From contig JAQBQZ010000003.1 of the NCBI GenBank assembly GCA_028286725.1, positions 1 to 52,264 of the forward strand: DNA of 52,264 bases, in the 5' to 3' direction. Numbering within the stretch: the stretch's first letter is position 1; each line of letters opens with the position of its first letter. Shown here piece after piece: positions 27,075 to 36,565 of the stretch. Both the position numbers and the translations under genes were made by a program. The stretch is from Candidatus Tayloriibacteriota bacterium. GTDB lineage: Bacteria > Patescibacteriota > Minisyncoccia > Phycocordibacterales > CAIRYW01. The notes under the pieces are model-generated. The model had not been told where the DNA came from. It searched no databases and was given only the letters and a program-made list of their open reading frames with translations.

Positions 27075-27542
27075 ATGTCAGACGAAAAAGAATACTTAAC
27101 AAAAGAGAAACTCGCCGAACTTGAGGCAGAGTTAGACAATCTTAAAAGAGTAAAGCGACGAGAAGTTGCTGATAGTTTGGAGTATGCCAAATCTATGGGA
27201 GACCTCGCAGAAAATGCTGAATATCAGGAAGCACGAGAGATGCAGGCAGAAGTAGAAGAGCGAGTAAGTAAACTTGAAAATATTTTGAAGAACGCGGTTG
27301 TTATGCAAGCTCATCACGGAGGCGCTGTGACAATCGGATCTACAGTTGTAGTAAAAAAATCAGGAGACAAAGAATCTAAAACATATCAGGTGGTAGGATC
27401 TGAAGAAGCTGACATTCTCAAAGGCAAGATCTCAAATCACTCACCGATCGGTATTGCAATAATGGGCAAGAAAAAAGGAGACAAATTTGATATCATGACA
27501 CCAAAAGGAAAGGCAGGTTACGAAATCATTGAAGTAAAATAA
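27075..27542 (+). CDS. greA: Transcription elongation factor GreA
   Basis: YLTKE...LEAEL, GDLAENAEY..A, ISNHSPIG.A. Confidence 0.96.
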   Translation: MSDEKEYLTKEKLAELEAELDNLKRVKRREVADSLEYAKSMGDLAENAEYQEAREMQAEVEERVSKLENILKNAVVMQAHHGGAVTIGSTVVVKKSGDKESKTYQVVGSEEADILKGKISNHSPIGIAIMGKKKGDKFDIMTPKGKAGYEIIEVK

Positions 27543-27662
27543 TCGAAACGATAAAGATTTAAACAAAATGAGCAGCACTTAAGGCGCCGCTCATTTTGTT
27601 TTTCGGACTGTATTTTTTCCTTTTTTCCTATATACTAAACAATATAAACTATAAAATTCATC

Positions 27663-29135
27663 ATGGCATTAGACGAAATCCGACAGGTCCGATTGGACAA
27701 ACTAAATAAACTTAAAGAAAAGGGGATAAATCCATATCCTGCGAAGTCATCTCGAACTCATACAATAACGGAGGCTCAGGATGCTTTTGACACGCTTGTT
27801 ACAGATGCAACTCCGATCACAATTTCTGGGCGAGTCATGTCACTTCGAGGGCAAGGTGCGCTTATTTTCTTTGATCTCTTTGATGGTACTGGACGATTTC
27901 AAGGGCTTTTCAAAAAAGATGATGCAAATCTCGATGCGTTCACACTCTTTGGTGACACAGTAGACATTGGTGACTTCGTAGAAATCACCGGATCAGTATT
28001 TCTCACTCGAACAGGTCAAAAGACAGTACAGGTTTCGAGTTGGACAATGCTTTCAAAATCACTTCTACCGCTTCCAGAAAAATGGCATGGACTGACCGAC
28101 GAAGAAGATAAACTTCGAAAGCGTTATCTTGATATTTTGATGAACGAAGAGTTGGCAGATAGATTCAGAAAAAGATCAAAATTCTGGAATGTGATTCGAG
28201 AATATCTTTTAGAGAAAAGTTTTATAGAAGTTGAAACCCCTGTACTTGAAAATACAACAGGCGGTGCTGATGCTCGACCCTTTGCAACACACCATAATGC
28301 GCTTGATATAGATGTGTACCTCCGAATTTCTTGTGGTGAGCTTTGGCAAAAGAGACTTATGGTTGCAGGACTTCCTCGGACATTTGAGATCGGAAGAATT
28401 TTTAGAAACGAAGGTATATCGCCAGAGCATGCGCAAGATTATACTCAGCTTGAATACTATATGGCATACGCTGACTATTCTATTGGTATGGAAATGACTA
28501 AAGAGCTGTATCGAAAGATTGCATCTGAAGTATTCGAAAAGACTACTTTTTCGATTCGAGGACATGAAATTGATTTTATGAAAGAGTGGGAGATGTATGA
28601 TTTTTGTGAGATCTTGAAAAAACATTTTGATATTGATCCACTCGATGAAAATCTTACAAATGAAACTTTGATTGCGAAACTGAAGGAGGCTAAAGTTGCT
28701 TTTGATCCAAAAGAAATCAATATTTCTCGAGGTGTAGATCTACTATGGAAATCAATCCGAAAAACGCTTGCAGGTCCAGGATTCCTCATTGGAGTACCAA
28801 CATATCTTGAACCTCTCGCAAAGAGATCAGAAAAGGATGAGCGAGTGGTAGAAAGATTTCAGGTGATACTCGCAGGAAGCGAAATGGGCAAAGGATTCAG
28901 TGAGTTGAATGACCCTGTAGATCAGCGAGCGCGATTTATGGAGCAGCAAGGGCTTCGTGATGCTGGAGATGATGAGGCTCAGATGGCAGACTTTGAATAT
29001 GTGGAAGCGATGGAGCACGGAATGCCACCAACATTCGGATTCGGTCTTTCAGAAAGACTTTTCAGTTTCTTGCTTGATGTTCCGATTCGAGAAGCTCAGC
29101 TTTTCCCACTTATGAAGCCGAAGGGGAATGAATAA
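27663..29135 (+). CDS. lysS: Lysyl-tRNA synthetase (class II)
   Basis: LPEKWHGL, GGADARPF.THHNAL, RIFRNEG, MPPTFG.G. Confidence 0.97.
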   Translation: MALDEIRQVRLDKLNKLKEKGINPYPAKSSRTHTITEAQDAFDTLVTDATPITISGRVMSLRGQGALIFFDLFDGTGRFQGLFKKDDANLDAFTLFGDTVDIGDFVEITGSVFLTRTGQKTVQVSSWTMLSKSLLPLPEKWHGLTDEEDKLRKRYLDILMNEELADRFRKRSKFWNVIREYLLEKSFIEVETPVLENTTGGADARPFATHHNALDIDVYLRISCGELWQKRLMVAGLPRTFEIGRIFRNEGISPEHAQDYTQLEYYMAYADYSIGMEMTKELYRKIASEVFEKTTFSIRGHEIDFMKEWEMYDFCEILKKHFDIDPLDENLTNETLIAKLKEAKVAFDPKEINISRGVDLLWKSIRKTLAGPGFLIGVPTYLEPLAKRSEKDERVVERFQVILAGSEMGKGFSELNDPVDQRARFMEQQGLRDAGDDEAQMADFEYVEAMEHGMPPTFGFGLSERLFSFLLDVPIREAQLFPLMKPKGNE

Positions 29136-29160
29136 TAAATATAAGTAAACAATAATTAAC

Positions 29161-29195
29161 AAAATGCCTCGAAACCAAAGGTTTCGAGGCATTTT
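29161..29195. terminator. lysS terminator (bidirectional)
   Basis: AAAATGCCTCGAAACC-AAA-GGTTTCGAGGCATTTT. Confidence 0.8.
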
Positions 29196-29250
29196 GACTT
29201 CTGGTTGCCAGGAGGTAAACTTATTGAAGTTCAACAACTTCTTGTTTTTT

Positions 29251-29499
29251 ATGTTTCAATCGATTTTGCAAAGGCTAGAGCTGATGCCTCATCACGAAGC
29301 ATCTACCAAAGAAAACCAGGCTTTATTTCTTGAAGCGATGGAATTGCTTCAGGATTACAATCAATTTCTTCTGCTTGCTCGAGTGAGTCATAGATGTTAT
29401 CTCAATCACAGACTTCTCAATTATGGAGTAGAACGTGGGTGGGTAAATAATCGCTCCCAATCGTATGTGCCTGGCCATGTTATCAACCGTCATTCATGA
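29251..29499 (+). CDS. Hypothetical protein
   Basis: Internal ATG (MFQSIL) downstream of the lysS terminator, 82 aa. Confidence 0.4.
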   Translation: MFQSILQRLELMPHHEASTKENQALFLEAMELLQDYNQFLLLARVSHRCYLNHRLLNYGVERGWVNNRSQSYVPGHVINRHS

Positions 29500-29598
29500 C
29501 GGTTTTTTTATTTGTATTCTTTTAATAAGGATTATTTTGACTTTTGTTCAACTAAGAGTAATCTACCTGTAGACGCAACAACTACCGTCTTTCCAAAT

Positions 29599-29886
29599 AT
29601 GGTTTCTAGATCCAAAAAGAAAAAACTCCGTCCAGTCAGAAAGTACAGGACAGTTAGAGGAGTTGCTCGTGCCCTTTCAAAAGTCGCACTCAATACCAGG
29701 CGCCACAAAGCCCTCTTTAATCGTGGTCTCAGGCTCGCAAAGAGTTATGATGACATTTTCCTTCTAACCTACGGACCTCTTTCGCCAAGACAGGTGGCAG
29801 ACATTGCCAGAAGGAGTTATTATTTCGGGCGCGATGAGCAAACAAAAAGACTTTTCTCGGCTTTTTTGCTTGAGCGCAAAAAATAG
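29599..29886 (+). CDS. Hypothetical basic protein, 95 aa
   Basis: MVSRSKKKKLRPVRKYR...; terminator AAACATCGAATCC/GGATTCGATGTTT downstream. Confidence 0.55.
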   Translation: MVSRSKKKKLRPVRKYRTVRGVARALSKVALNTRRHKALFNRGLRLAKSYDDIFLLTYGPLSPRQVADIARRSYYFGRDEQTKRLFSAFLLERKK

Positions 29887-29987
29887 TAGGTAATTAATCA
29901 GTAAACATCGAATCCTTTGGATTCGATGTTTTTTTATTTCCTTGACATCACTTCACTTCAATATCCGAATACATTTAATGACAAAAT

Positions 29988-30064
29988 TGTGGAAAACTTT
30001 GTATTGATTATGCTATGAAGTGGTATACTGTAGTACATAAGTGGGATGAAGTGGTATAGAGTAA
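29988..30064 (+). promoter_or_regulatory. MraZ-type GTGG direct-repeat boxes upstream of mraZ, plus one DnaA-box match
   Basis: GTGG/GTAG at 30020, 30030, 30041, 30051 (about 10-bp period); TGTGGAAAA at 29988-29996 matches TTWTNCACA on the minus strand. Confidence 0.7.
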
Positions 30065-30173
30065 ATTGTGTGAGTTTCAAAGGATATTTTTAAAATTTTG
30101 TATGTTTTAAAATCGACCTATCTTTTGGAACTCATCAATTGAAAAAAACATTTTGTAAAACTTAAAAAATACA

Positions 30174-30608
30174 ATGCTAATAGGCGAATACACACACACG
30201 ATAGACGACAAGAACAGAATTTCTCTTCCTTCAAAATTCCGAAAAGAAGTGGGTAAGAAGCTTATCGCAACATATGGTCTCGAAGGATGTCTTTTCCTAT
30301 ATCCAACAACAGAATGGGAAAAGATTTCAGACGAGATGGGGAAGATGGATTCTTTGCGAGCGGATACTCGAGGCTTCAACAGATTTATGTTTGGTGGAGC
30401 GGTAGAACTTGAAGTTGATTCTCTTGGGCGAGTCTTGATCCCAGAATATCTTCGGGAGTTTGCAAAGATTAAAGACAAAGGAGTCTTCATTGGAGTTCAC
30501 AAGAGAATCGAAATGTGGAACGACAAGAAATGGGCAGAGTACAAGCAGAAGGTGGTTGTAGAGGCGGATGTATTGGCTGAAAAGTTAAGTCAGACTGGAG
30601 CATTTTAA
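30174..30608 (+). CDS. mraZ: Division/cell-wall cluster regulator MraZ
   Basis: GEYTHTIDDKNRISLP, EVDSLGRVLIP, RIEMW. Confidence 0.97.
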   Translation: MLIGEYTHTIDDKNRISLPSKFRKEVGKKLIATYGLEGCLFLYPTTEWEKISDEMGKMDSLRADTRGFNRFMFGGAVELEVDSLGRVLIPEYLREFAKIKDKGVFIGVHKRIEMWNDKKWAEYKQKVVVEADVLAEKLSQTGAF

Positions 30609-30612
30609 CTTT

Positions 30613-31512
30613 ATGGCTTCATACATTCACAAAAGTGTTCTTTTAAAAGAGATGGTAGAAGGTTTGAATATCCAAAGCGGTGACACTGTTGTTGACTGTA
30701 CGCTAAACAGCGGAGGTCACAGTGAATATGTTTTAGAGCATTACAAGAAAGCAAATGTGATCGGTATCGATGCTGATAGTAGTGCGATCAAAAAAGCAAA
30801 GGTGAGACTTGCAAAATTCGAAGGGCGAGTTGAGATATATAAATCAAACTTTAGGAATCTAGATAAGGTCTTGGATAAGGCAAAAATGAAAGAGGTAGAT
30901 GGCTTTATGTTCGACCTTGGCTGGAGTTCTGATCAGATTGAGGTGTCAGGAAGAGGATTTACCTTTCAAAAGGATGAGCCTCTTCAGATGGCATACGATT
31001 CTGATGAGAAAGAGACCACGGCAGAGACAGTAGTTAATGAATGGTCAGAAGAAAGTTTGCGCGATATTCTCAAAGGCTTTGGAGAAGAACAATTCGGAGG
31101 ACGGATCGCAAGAGCGATCGTTGAGGCAAGAGAAGTTGAGCCAATCAAGACTACAGTACAGCTTCGAGAGATTGTTTGGAACGCAGTTCCAGGATTCACT
31201 CGAAACAAGAAGATCCATCCAGCAACCAAAACATTCCAGGCAATCCGTATCGCGGTCAATGATGAATTCGGAGCGCTCCAGGAAGGTTTGAATAAAGCAT
31301 TTGAAAGGGTAAAGGTGGGAAGAAGAATCGCGGTCATATCATTTCATAGCCTTGAAGACAGAATCGTCAAACATTGGGCAAAAGGATTGGTAGTAGATGA
31401 GAAAGCGATTTTGATAAACAAAAAACCGATCATATCAGGAGAGGAAGAATTGAAAGAAAATCCTCGAGCACGAAGTGCAAAACTTAGAATCATCGAAAAA
31501 ACAAGTAATTAA
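30613..31512 (+). CDS. rsmH: 16S rRNA m4C1402 methyltransferase
   Basis: HKSVLL, DLGWSSDQ, HPATKTFQAIRIAVN, SFHSLEDR, NPRARSAKLR. Confidence 0.97.
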   Translation: MASYIHKSVLLKEMVEGLNIQSGDTVVDCTLNSGGHSEYVLEHYKKANVIGIDADSSAIKKAKVRLAKFEGRVEIYKSNFRNLDKVLDKAKMKEVDGFMFDLGWSSDQIEVSGRGFTFQKDEPLQMAYDSDEKETTAETVVNEWSEESLRDILKGFGEEQFGGRIARAIVEAREVEPIKTTVQLREIVWNAVPGFTRNKKIHPATKTFQAIRIAVNDEFGALQEGLNKAFERVKVGRRIAVISFHSLEDRIVKHWAKGLVVDEKAILINKKPIISGEEELKENPRARSAKLRIIEKTSN

Positions 31513-31533
31513 TAATTAAAAAAGTACATTTAT

Positions 31534-31848
31534 ATGACAAAGATGCCAACACAATTCAAATACCAAAAGCAGATCTGGGCTCTCGGAGGAATTCTTGGTG
31601 TACTTGTATTTACATATGTTGGACTCGTTGGAAGTACTGTCTACAATACGCTTGAAAGACAGAGAGGTGAAAAGCAGATAAGTCAGGTTACAGGGCAGTT
31701 GAGCGAAATGGAATTTTCATATCTTGGCCTCAAATCAAAAGTAAATCCTGAGCTTGCACGATCTCGAGGATTTATCGATGCAGATAATATTATCGTAGCG
31801 AAAAAGGATTCTGGTGTTACTGCTTTCGTAAATAAGGAAAGAATATAG
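31534..31848 (+). CDS. ftsL: FtsL-like cell division protein (positional)
   Basis: Single TM plus coiled coil, between rsmH and ftsI. Confidence 0.55.
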   Translation: MTKMPTQFKYQKQIWALGGILGVLVFTYVGLVGSTVYNTLERQRGEKQISQVTGQLSEMEFSYLGLKSKVNPELARSRGFIDADNIIVAKKDSGVTAFVNKERI

Positions 31849-31864
31849 TGTTAAGATATAGAGT

Positions 31865-33574
31865 ATGAATCAAGACAGTATCAAAAGATTAAGAGTGCTA
31901 TCAATATGCATCGTGTTGGTAGCATTTATTTTTTTTATAAAGCTGTATTTTTTGCAGGTCTTGCATCACGATGATTTCGTAGAGATCGCAGACAACCAAT
32001 ACGTCAAAAAAAGCGGAGGTATTTTTTCTCGCGGTACTATTTTCTTTGAAGACAAAGACGGAGGACTTGTGTCTGCGGGGACATTGAAGATTGGGTATAT
32101 TCTCGCGATTAATCCCACAATTCTCAAAGATGCAGAATCTGCATATGAGAAAATTTCTGCCATCACTCCTATAAACAAAGACGACTTTCTAGCCAAAGCT
32201 GCAAAGACAACAGATCCATACGAAGAGATCACAAAGCGAATTCCTGAGGATCAGACAATCGCAATTCAAGCTCTAAAGATCCCTGGGGTATATATGTACA
32301 AAGAACAATGGAGATTTTATCCAGGAGGTCAGACTGCATCTAATGTACTCGGTATTTTGGGCTACAAAGGGGATGTGTATGCCGGCCGATATGGTCTCGA
32401 AAAATTCTATGACAAAGTGCTTGAAAGAAATCAAGACGATGTATATGCCAACTTCTTTGTAGAGATTTTTCGTAATTGGCAAAAGACAGTTTCAAAAGAT
32501 GATTCATTTGAAGGAGATATTATTGCGACAATCGAGCCGTCAGTTCAGTCTACTCTCGAAGATACGCTTGCCAAAGTCCAAGCCAAATACAGCTCTGTCG
32601 AAACCGGAGGCATTATTATGAATCCGAAAACAGGAGAGATCTATGCGATGGCAGATGTGCCAACATTTGATCCAAATGATTTTAGTAAAGAAAAGGACGT
32701 ATCAGTTTTTAGTAACCCACTCGTCGACAACGTTCGTGAGATGGGATCGATCATAAAGCCGCTCACGATCGCTGCGGGAATTGACGCAGGAGTTATCACA
32801 CCGACTACAACATACAATGACATTGGATACGTCAAAGCCAACACAATGACTATTTGGAACCACGACAGAAAGGCTCACGGTATTACTTCGATGCAGCAAG
32901 TCTTGAATGACTCTTTGAATGTGGGAGTATCTTTTGTGGTGAGCAAGCTCGGTAATAAAACATTTTCTGACTACATGGGCAAATACGGACTCAAAGAAAA
33001 GACAGGTATTGATCTGCCAAACGAAGCTGCAAATATTGTCGGAAACCTTGATAGTCCGCGAGACGTTGAGTACTATACCGCATCATTCGGACAGGGAATT
33101 GCTCTCACTGCGATCTCTACTATCCGCGCGTTGTCAGTTATTGCCAATGGTGGTACTCTAGTAACTCCTCATATTATAAAGAAGGTGAATTACAAAGGAG
33201 GATTCTTTAAAAACACAGAGATTACAACAGGCCCAAGAGCTATCAAAGAGGAGACGAGCAAAGCTGTCACAAAGATGCTTGTTGAGGTGGTAGATACTGC
33301 CCTCATTCAGGGCAAGGGCAAGAACGAACACTATACAATAGCTGCCAAGACTGGAACAGCTCAGGTGCCAAGTTCAAACGGCGGATATTATACTGACAAG
33401 TATCTTCACTCATTCTTTGGATATTTTCCAGCATACGATCCGAAATTTATTATCTTCCTTTATACATACAATCCAAAGGTAGATAATCTTTTTGCGGCAG
33501 ATACACTCGCATTACCATTCTTCGATCTCTCAAAATTCCTCATTAGTTATTATGAATTATCTCCGGATAGATAA
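31865..33574 (+). CDS. ftsI: Penicillin-binding protein 3 (FtsI)
   Basis: RGTIF, GSIIKP (SxxK), SLNVG, KTGTAQ; dcw context. Confidence 0.9.
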   Translation: MNQDSIKRLRVLSICIVLVAFIFFIKLYFLQVLHHDDFVEIADNQYVKKSGGIFSRGTIFFEDKDGGLVSAGTLKIGYILAINPTILKDAESAYEKISAITPINKDDFLAKAAKTTDPYEEITKRIPEDQTIAIQALKIPGVYMYKEQWRFYPGGQTASNVLGILGYKGDVYAGRYGLEKFYDKVLERNQDDVYANFFVEIFRNWQKTVSKDDSFEGDIIATIEPSVQSTLEDTLAKVQAKYSSVETGGIIMNPKTGEIYAMADVPTFDPNDFSKEKDVSVFSNPLVDNVREMGSIIKPLTIAAGIDAGVITPTTTYNDIGYVKANTMTIWNHDRKAHGITSMQQVLNDSLNVGVSFVVSKLGNKTFSDYMGKYGLKEKTGIDLPNEAANIVGNLDSPRDVEYYTASFGQGIALTAISTIRALSVIANGGTLVTPHIIKKVNYKGGFFKNTEITTGPRAIKEETSKAVTKMLVEVVDTALIQGKGKNEHYTIAAKTGTAQVPSSNGGYYTDKYLHSFFGYFPAYDPKFIIFLYTYNPKVDNLFAADTLALPFFDLSKFLISYYELSPDR

Positions 33575-33617
33575 CCGATAATTTATAGCAATTAGTTTAT
33601 AGCAAATACAAAATCAA

Positions 33618-34907
33618 ATGAAAAATATACTTAAAAAAATCGTTGTCAAAATAATCACCATTGAAGCAAAGCTCGTGCTCAAAAAATACAAGCCAAAAAT
33701 TGTAGCAGTCACTGGAAGTGTGGGCAAGACTTCGACAAAGGATGCTATATATACTGCGCTCTCTCCATTTTTCTTTGTTCGCAAAAGTGCCAAAAGTTTT
33801 AATAGTGATATCGGAATTCCTCTCACTATTCTCGGACTTCCAAATGCGTGGAATGATCACAAACTATGGTTTAAGAATATGTATGACGCATTTTGGCTTG
33901 TCGTATCAAAGTCCAAATATCCAGAATGGCTCGTGCTTGAGATCGGCGCTGATCATCCAGGAGAGATCGAAGAAGTGATGAAGTGGATCCATCCAGATAT
34001 TTCTGTCATTACTCGTATTGGGAATGTGCCGGTCCATGTGGAGTTCTACAAATCTGTGGCAGAAGTCATCAAAGAAAAATCATATCTCGCTCGAGGCTTA
34101 AAGCCTGAGGGAACACTCATTTTGAATGCCGATGATAGTGATGTGATGGGATTCAAAGAATTCACAAGCGCAAAAGTTTCAACATTTGGTATCAAAGAAA
34201 AATCAGATATAAAAGCAAGTTTCATTCAACCAATTTATAAAAATGAAAAGGTAAATGGAGTTTCATTCAAGATTGATGTCCTAGGATCAAGTATTCCTGT
34301 AACACTTGAAAATATTTATGGCAATCAATTTGTCTATCCAGTACTCGCATCGTTTGCAGTTGTACATGCATTAGGACTCAGTCCTCTCAAAGCTGTCGAA
34401 TCTTTTGATTCATATGAATACCCTCGAGGACGAATGAATATCATTTCTGGGATTAATGATTCAGTGATTATCGATGATACATACAATGCATCTCCGGTTG
34501 CGATGGAAGAAGGTTTTAATGCAGTAAAAGGGCTTAACTGCGTTGGTAAGAAGATCGCAATCGTAGGCGACATGCTCGAACTCGGCAAGCTTTCTCAGGA
34601 TGAGCACCACAGGCTCGGCATTCTTGCAGGTGAGATATTTGAAATGATAGGACTTGTCGGTATCAGAGCCAAAGAGATGAAAGGTGCGCTTCAAGAAATC
34701 GGATTTGAAGAAAAAAATATTTTTGTGTTTGAAAATTCAGTCGATGCAGGAGAGACTATGAAAGAAAAAATTTCTAAAGGTGACATTGTATATGTAAAAG
34801 GATCACAAGGAATGAGACTAGAGCGTGTGGTGGAGAGAATAATGAGTGACCCAAAACAAAAAGAAAAATTGTTGGTGAGACAGGAGAAGGAGTGGGTCTC
34901 AAGGTAA
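33618..34907 (+). CDS. murF: UDP-MurNAc-tripeptide:D-Ala-D-Ala ligase
   Basis: VTGSVGKTSTKD, SFNSDIGIPLT, IDDTYNASP, GDMLELG, VKGSQG. Confidence 0.9.
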   Translation: MKNILKKIVVKIITIEAKLVLKKYKPKIVAVTGSVGKTSTKDAIYTALSPFFFVRKSAKSFNSDIGIPLTILGLPNAWNDHKLWFKNMYDAFWLVVSKSKYPEWLVLEIGADHPGEIEEVMKWIHPDISVITRIGNVPVHVEFYKSVAEVIKEKSYLARGLKPEGTLILNADDSDVMGFKEFTSAKVSTFGIKEKSDIKASFIQPIYKNEKVNGVSFKIDVLGSSIPVTLENIYGNQFVYPVLASFAVVHALGLSPLKAVESFDSYEYPRGRMNIISGINDSVIIDDTYNASPVAMEEGFNAVKGLNCVGKKIAIVGDMLELGKLSQDEHHRLGILAGEIFEMIGLVGIRAKEMKGALQEIGFEEKNIFVFENSVDAGETMKEKISKGDIVYVKGSQGMRLERVVERIMSDPKQKEKLLVRQEKEWVSR

Positions 34908-34927
34908 ATCCTAAGTTCTAATGAAAC

Positions 34928-34964
34928 AAAAAATGCGCCGAGGCAAAGCCTCGGCGTATTTTTT
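34928..34964. repeat. GCRCCGAGGC-type palindrome / terminator
   Basis: AAAAAATGCGCCGAGGC-AAA-GCCTCGGCGTATTTTTT. Confidence 0.8.
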
Positions 34965-35086
34965 GAATTTCTTCCTCGCTTAATAAAAGTGAGATATATG
35001 ATTTTGCAATTTATTTGTCATAACTTTTATTTTGCTCCGTCATAATAAATTGTGAACATTAAAAATACTTTTTAAATAATGAGTCT

Positions 35087-35227
35087 ATGGTCAAAGTTAA
35101 AGATATTATGTGCGAAGAATGTGGAGTGGTGATGGAGTTGCATCCTGAATCAAAATTAATGAAATGCGGCCGCTGTCGTCGCGTGTTGGCTCTTGACGAA
35201 GAAGATTTGGACGATTTGAAGGAGTAA
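35087..35227 (+). CDS. Small zinc-ribbon protein, 46 aa (MVKVKDIMCEECGVVMELHPESKLMKCGRCRRVLALDEEDLDDLKE)
   Basis: Translated by hand; CxxC-x14-CxxC plus acidic tail; followed by long hairpin CACCCGTTTGCAGAAGCTAATT... Confidence 0.75.
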   Translation: MVKVKDIMCEECGVVMELHPESKLMKCGRCRRVLALDEEDLDDLKE

Positions 35228-35296
35228 AGGGAAACACAAACGCATTGTCACCCGTTTGCAGAAGCTAATTAATTAGCTTCTGCAAACGGGTGGTTT

Positions 35297-35878
35297 TTAT
35301 TTTTGGCGTTTTCTCAAAAGTATTATCTCACTTATTATGACAAATTTTGTTGCTAGAACTGAGAGGGGGTATATGAGGGTGATTAGGGAATAATTACTCA
35401 TAGAGAAAGTGGAAAGTCCGTGCTTCACAGCATCTACATACATAGATCCGAGTGATTCACTTTTTGGCGCATTCCAGGTCTTACGCATTGTCGGGAAGAA
35501 TGCAATGAGGTCAATAAGTGTTGCGAGGATAACTGACCATAAGATACTTTTACTTAGAAGCCAGGGAAGAATTGAAATGATCGCTAAAACTAAACAAATT
35601 TTATCAAAATTTGTAATATCTTTTGTTCCGTATTTACCTTTCAGAGAAAGAAACAGTGTAAAAATAGTTACAATAGCGGCCACACCAGTAGCCCACGATC
35701 CAGGACCACCTGCAGAAACCCATTGTCCGCAAAAGGCGATTGTTGTCACAATAGACCAGATAAGCCAAGTATATGTGTGAGGTTTTGTGTTGCCTCGAAA
35801 TATATCTTTAATGTATAAGTACGAGCTAAAGAGTGCGAGGAATGCCGCGATCGCACCGAGAATGATTTTTATATCCAT
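35297..35878 (-). CDS. Multi-TM membrane protein, PQ-loop-like family
   Basis: YLYIKDIFRGNTKPH.YTWLIW, DLIAFFPTMRKTW..P.SE. Confidence 0.8.
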   Translation of the reverse strand: MDIKIILGAIAAFLALFSSYLYIKDIFRGNTKPHTYTWLIWSIVTTIAFCGQWVSAGGPGSWATGVAAIVTIFTLFLSLKGKYGTKDITNFDKICLVLAIISILPWLLSKSILWSVILATLIDLIAFFPTMRKTWNAPKSESLGSMYVDAVKHGLSTFSMSNYSLITLIYPLSVLATKFVIISEIILLRKRQK

Positions 35879-36030
35879 TTGAATATTGTATCAGATTAAA
35901 GGTTTATTGTGACGGTCAAGTAAAAAGAAAACACTTGATGAGGCAGAAGAAGGGGGTGGGCAGGTAAGTAATAAAAAATCCCCAGGTTGCAAAGCAATTT
36001 CGGGGGGGGGGGGGGGTAAGAATTTTACTC

Positions 36031-36261
36031 CTAGCCGTCAGCCCCAAAAATCATATTCATGGCCCCATAAACATTGCAGACACGATAGTTAACCATGTCG
36101 GTATCATTGAGTGCCAACGCCAATACCTCCAGATCAGAGATGGTGTGTGGACTCTCGACGGTTCTGAAGTTACCTCCGGAATCGAGGATAACCCATCCGT
36201 CTTTGTGTTGAGCGTAGAACTTGACGATTTGGGCACGTGCCTCAGGTGTGAGCATGTTCAT
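36031..36261 (-). CDS. Hypothetical protein
   Basis: ATG start MNMLTPE; promoter TTGACG-N17-TATAAA upstream. Confidence 0.55.
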   Translation of the reverse strand: MNMLTPEARAQIVKFYAQHKDGWVILDSGGNFRTVESPHTISDLEVLALALNDTDMVNYRVCNVYGAMNMIFGADG

Positions 36262-36396
36262 GGTGTACAATAAGAGCTAATTTATACTATTTATATTATA
36301 TTTCGTCAAATTAAATTTTGTATCCAAAATTCTCGACTTCAGTAGATAGTATTTTTTGATTTTTAGTTAAAAAATGTTATTGTATTTGGGTTATAC

Positions 36397-36471
36397 GGCC
36401 CCATCGTCTAACGGTTAGGACGAAGCGTTCTCAATGCTTAAATCGGAGTTCGATTCTCCGTGGGGTCACCA
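36397..36471 (+). tRNA. tRNA-Glu (CTC)
   Basis: Acceptor GGCCCCA/TGGGGTC, anticodon stem AAGCG/TGCTT, loop TT-CTC-AA, T-arm CGGAG-TTCGATT-CTCCG, encoded CCA. Confidence 0.95.
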
Positions 36472-36565
36472 TTGACATCTAGTACTAATTGGGTTGTAAT
36501 AATACCCACTAGTGCTAGCACGAGAAGGTCTGTCTTTAAAGGGTTTTCGAGAACATAAAATTTCT

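Noticed and set aside
33574-34907. Truncated dcw cluster (no murE or mraY next to murF; rplU without rpmA)
   Set aside because: Gene-order fragmentation is ordinary in reduced genomes; the genes may lie elsewhere
36002-36016. G15 homopolymer (also G9 near 21099-21107)
   Set aside because: Intergenic and part of a terminator stem or leader; length may be a sequencing artefact; no coding phase-variation consequence
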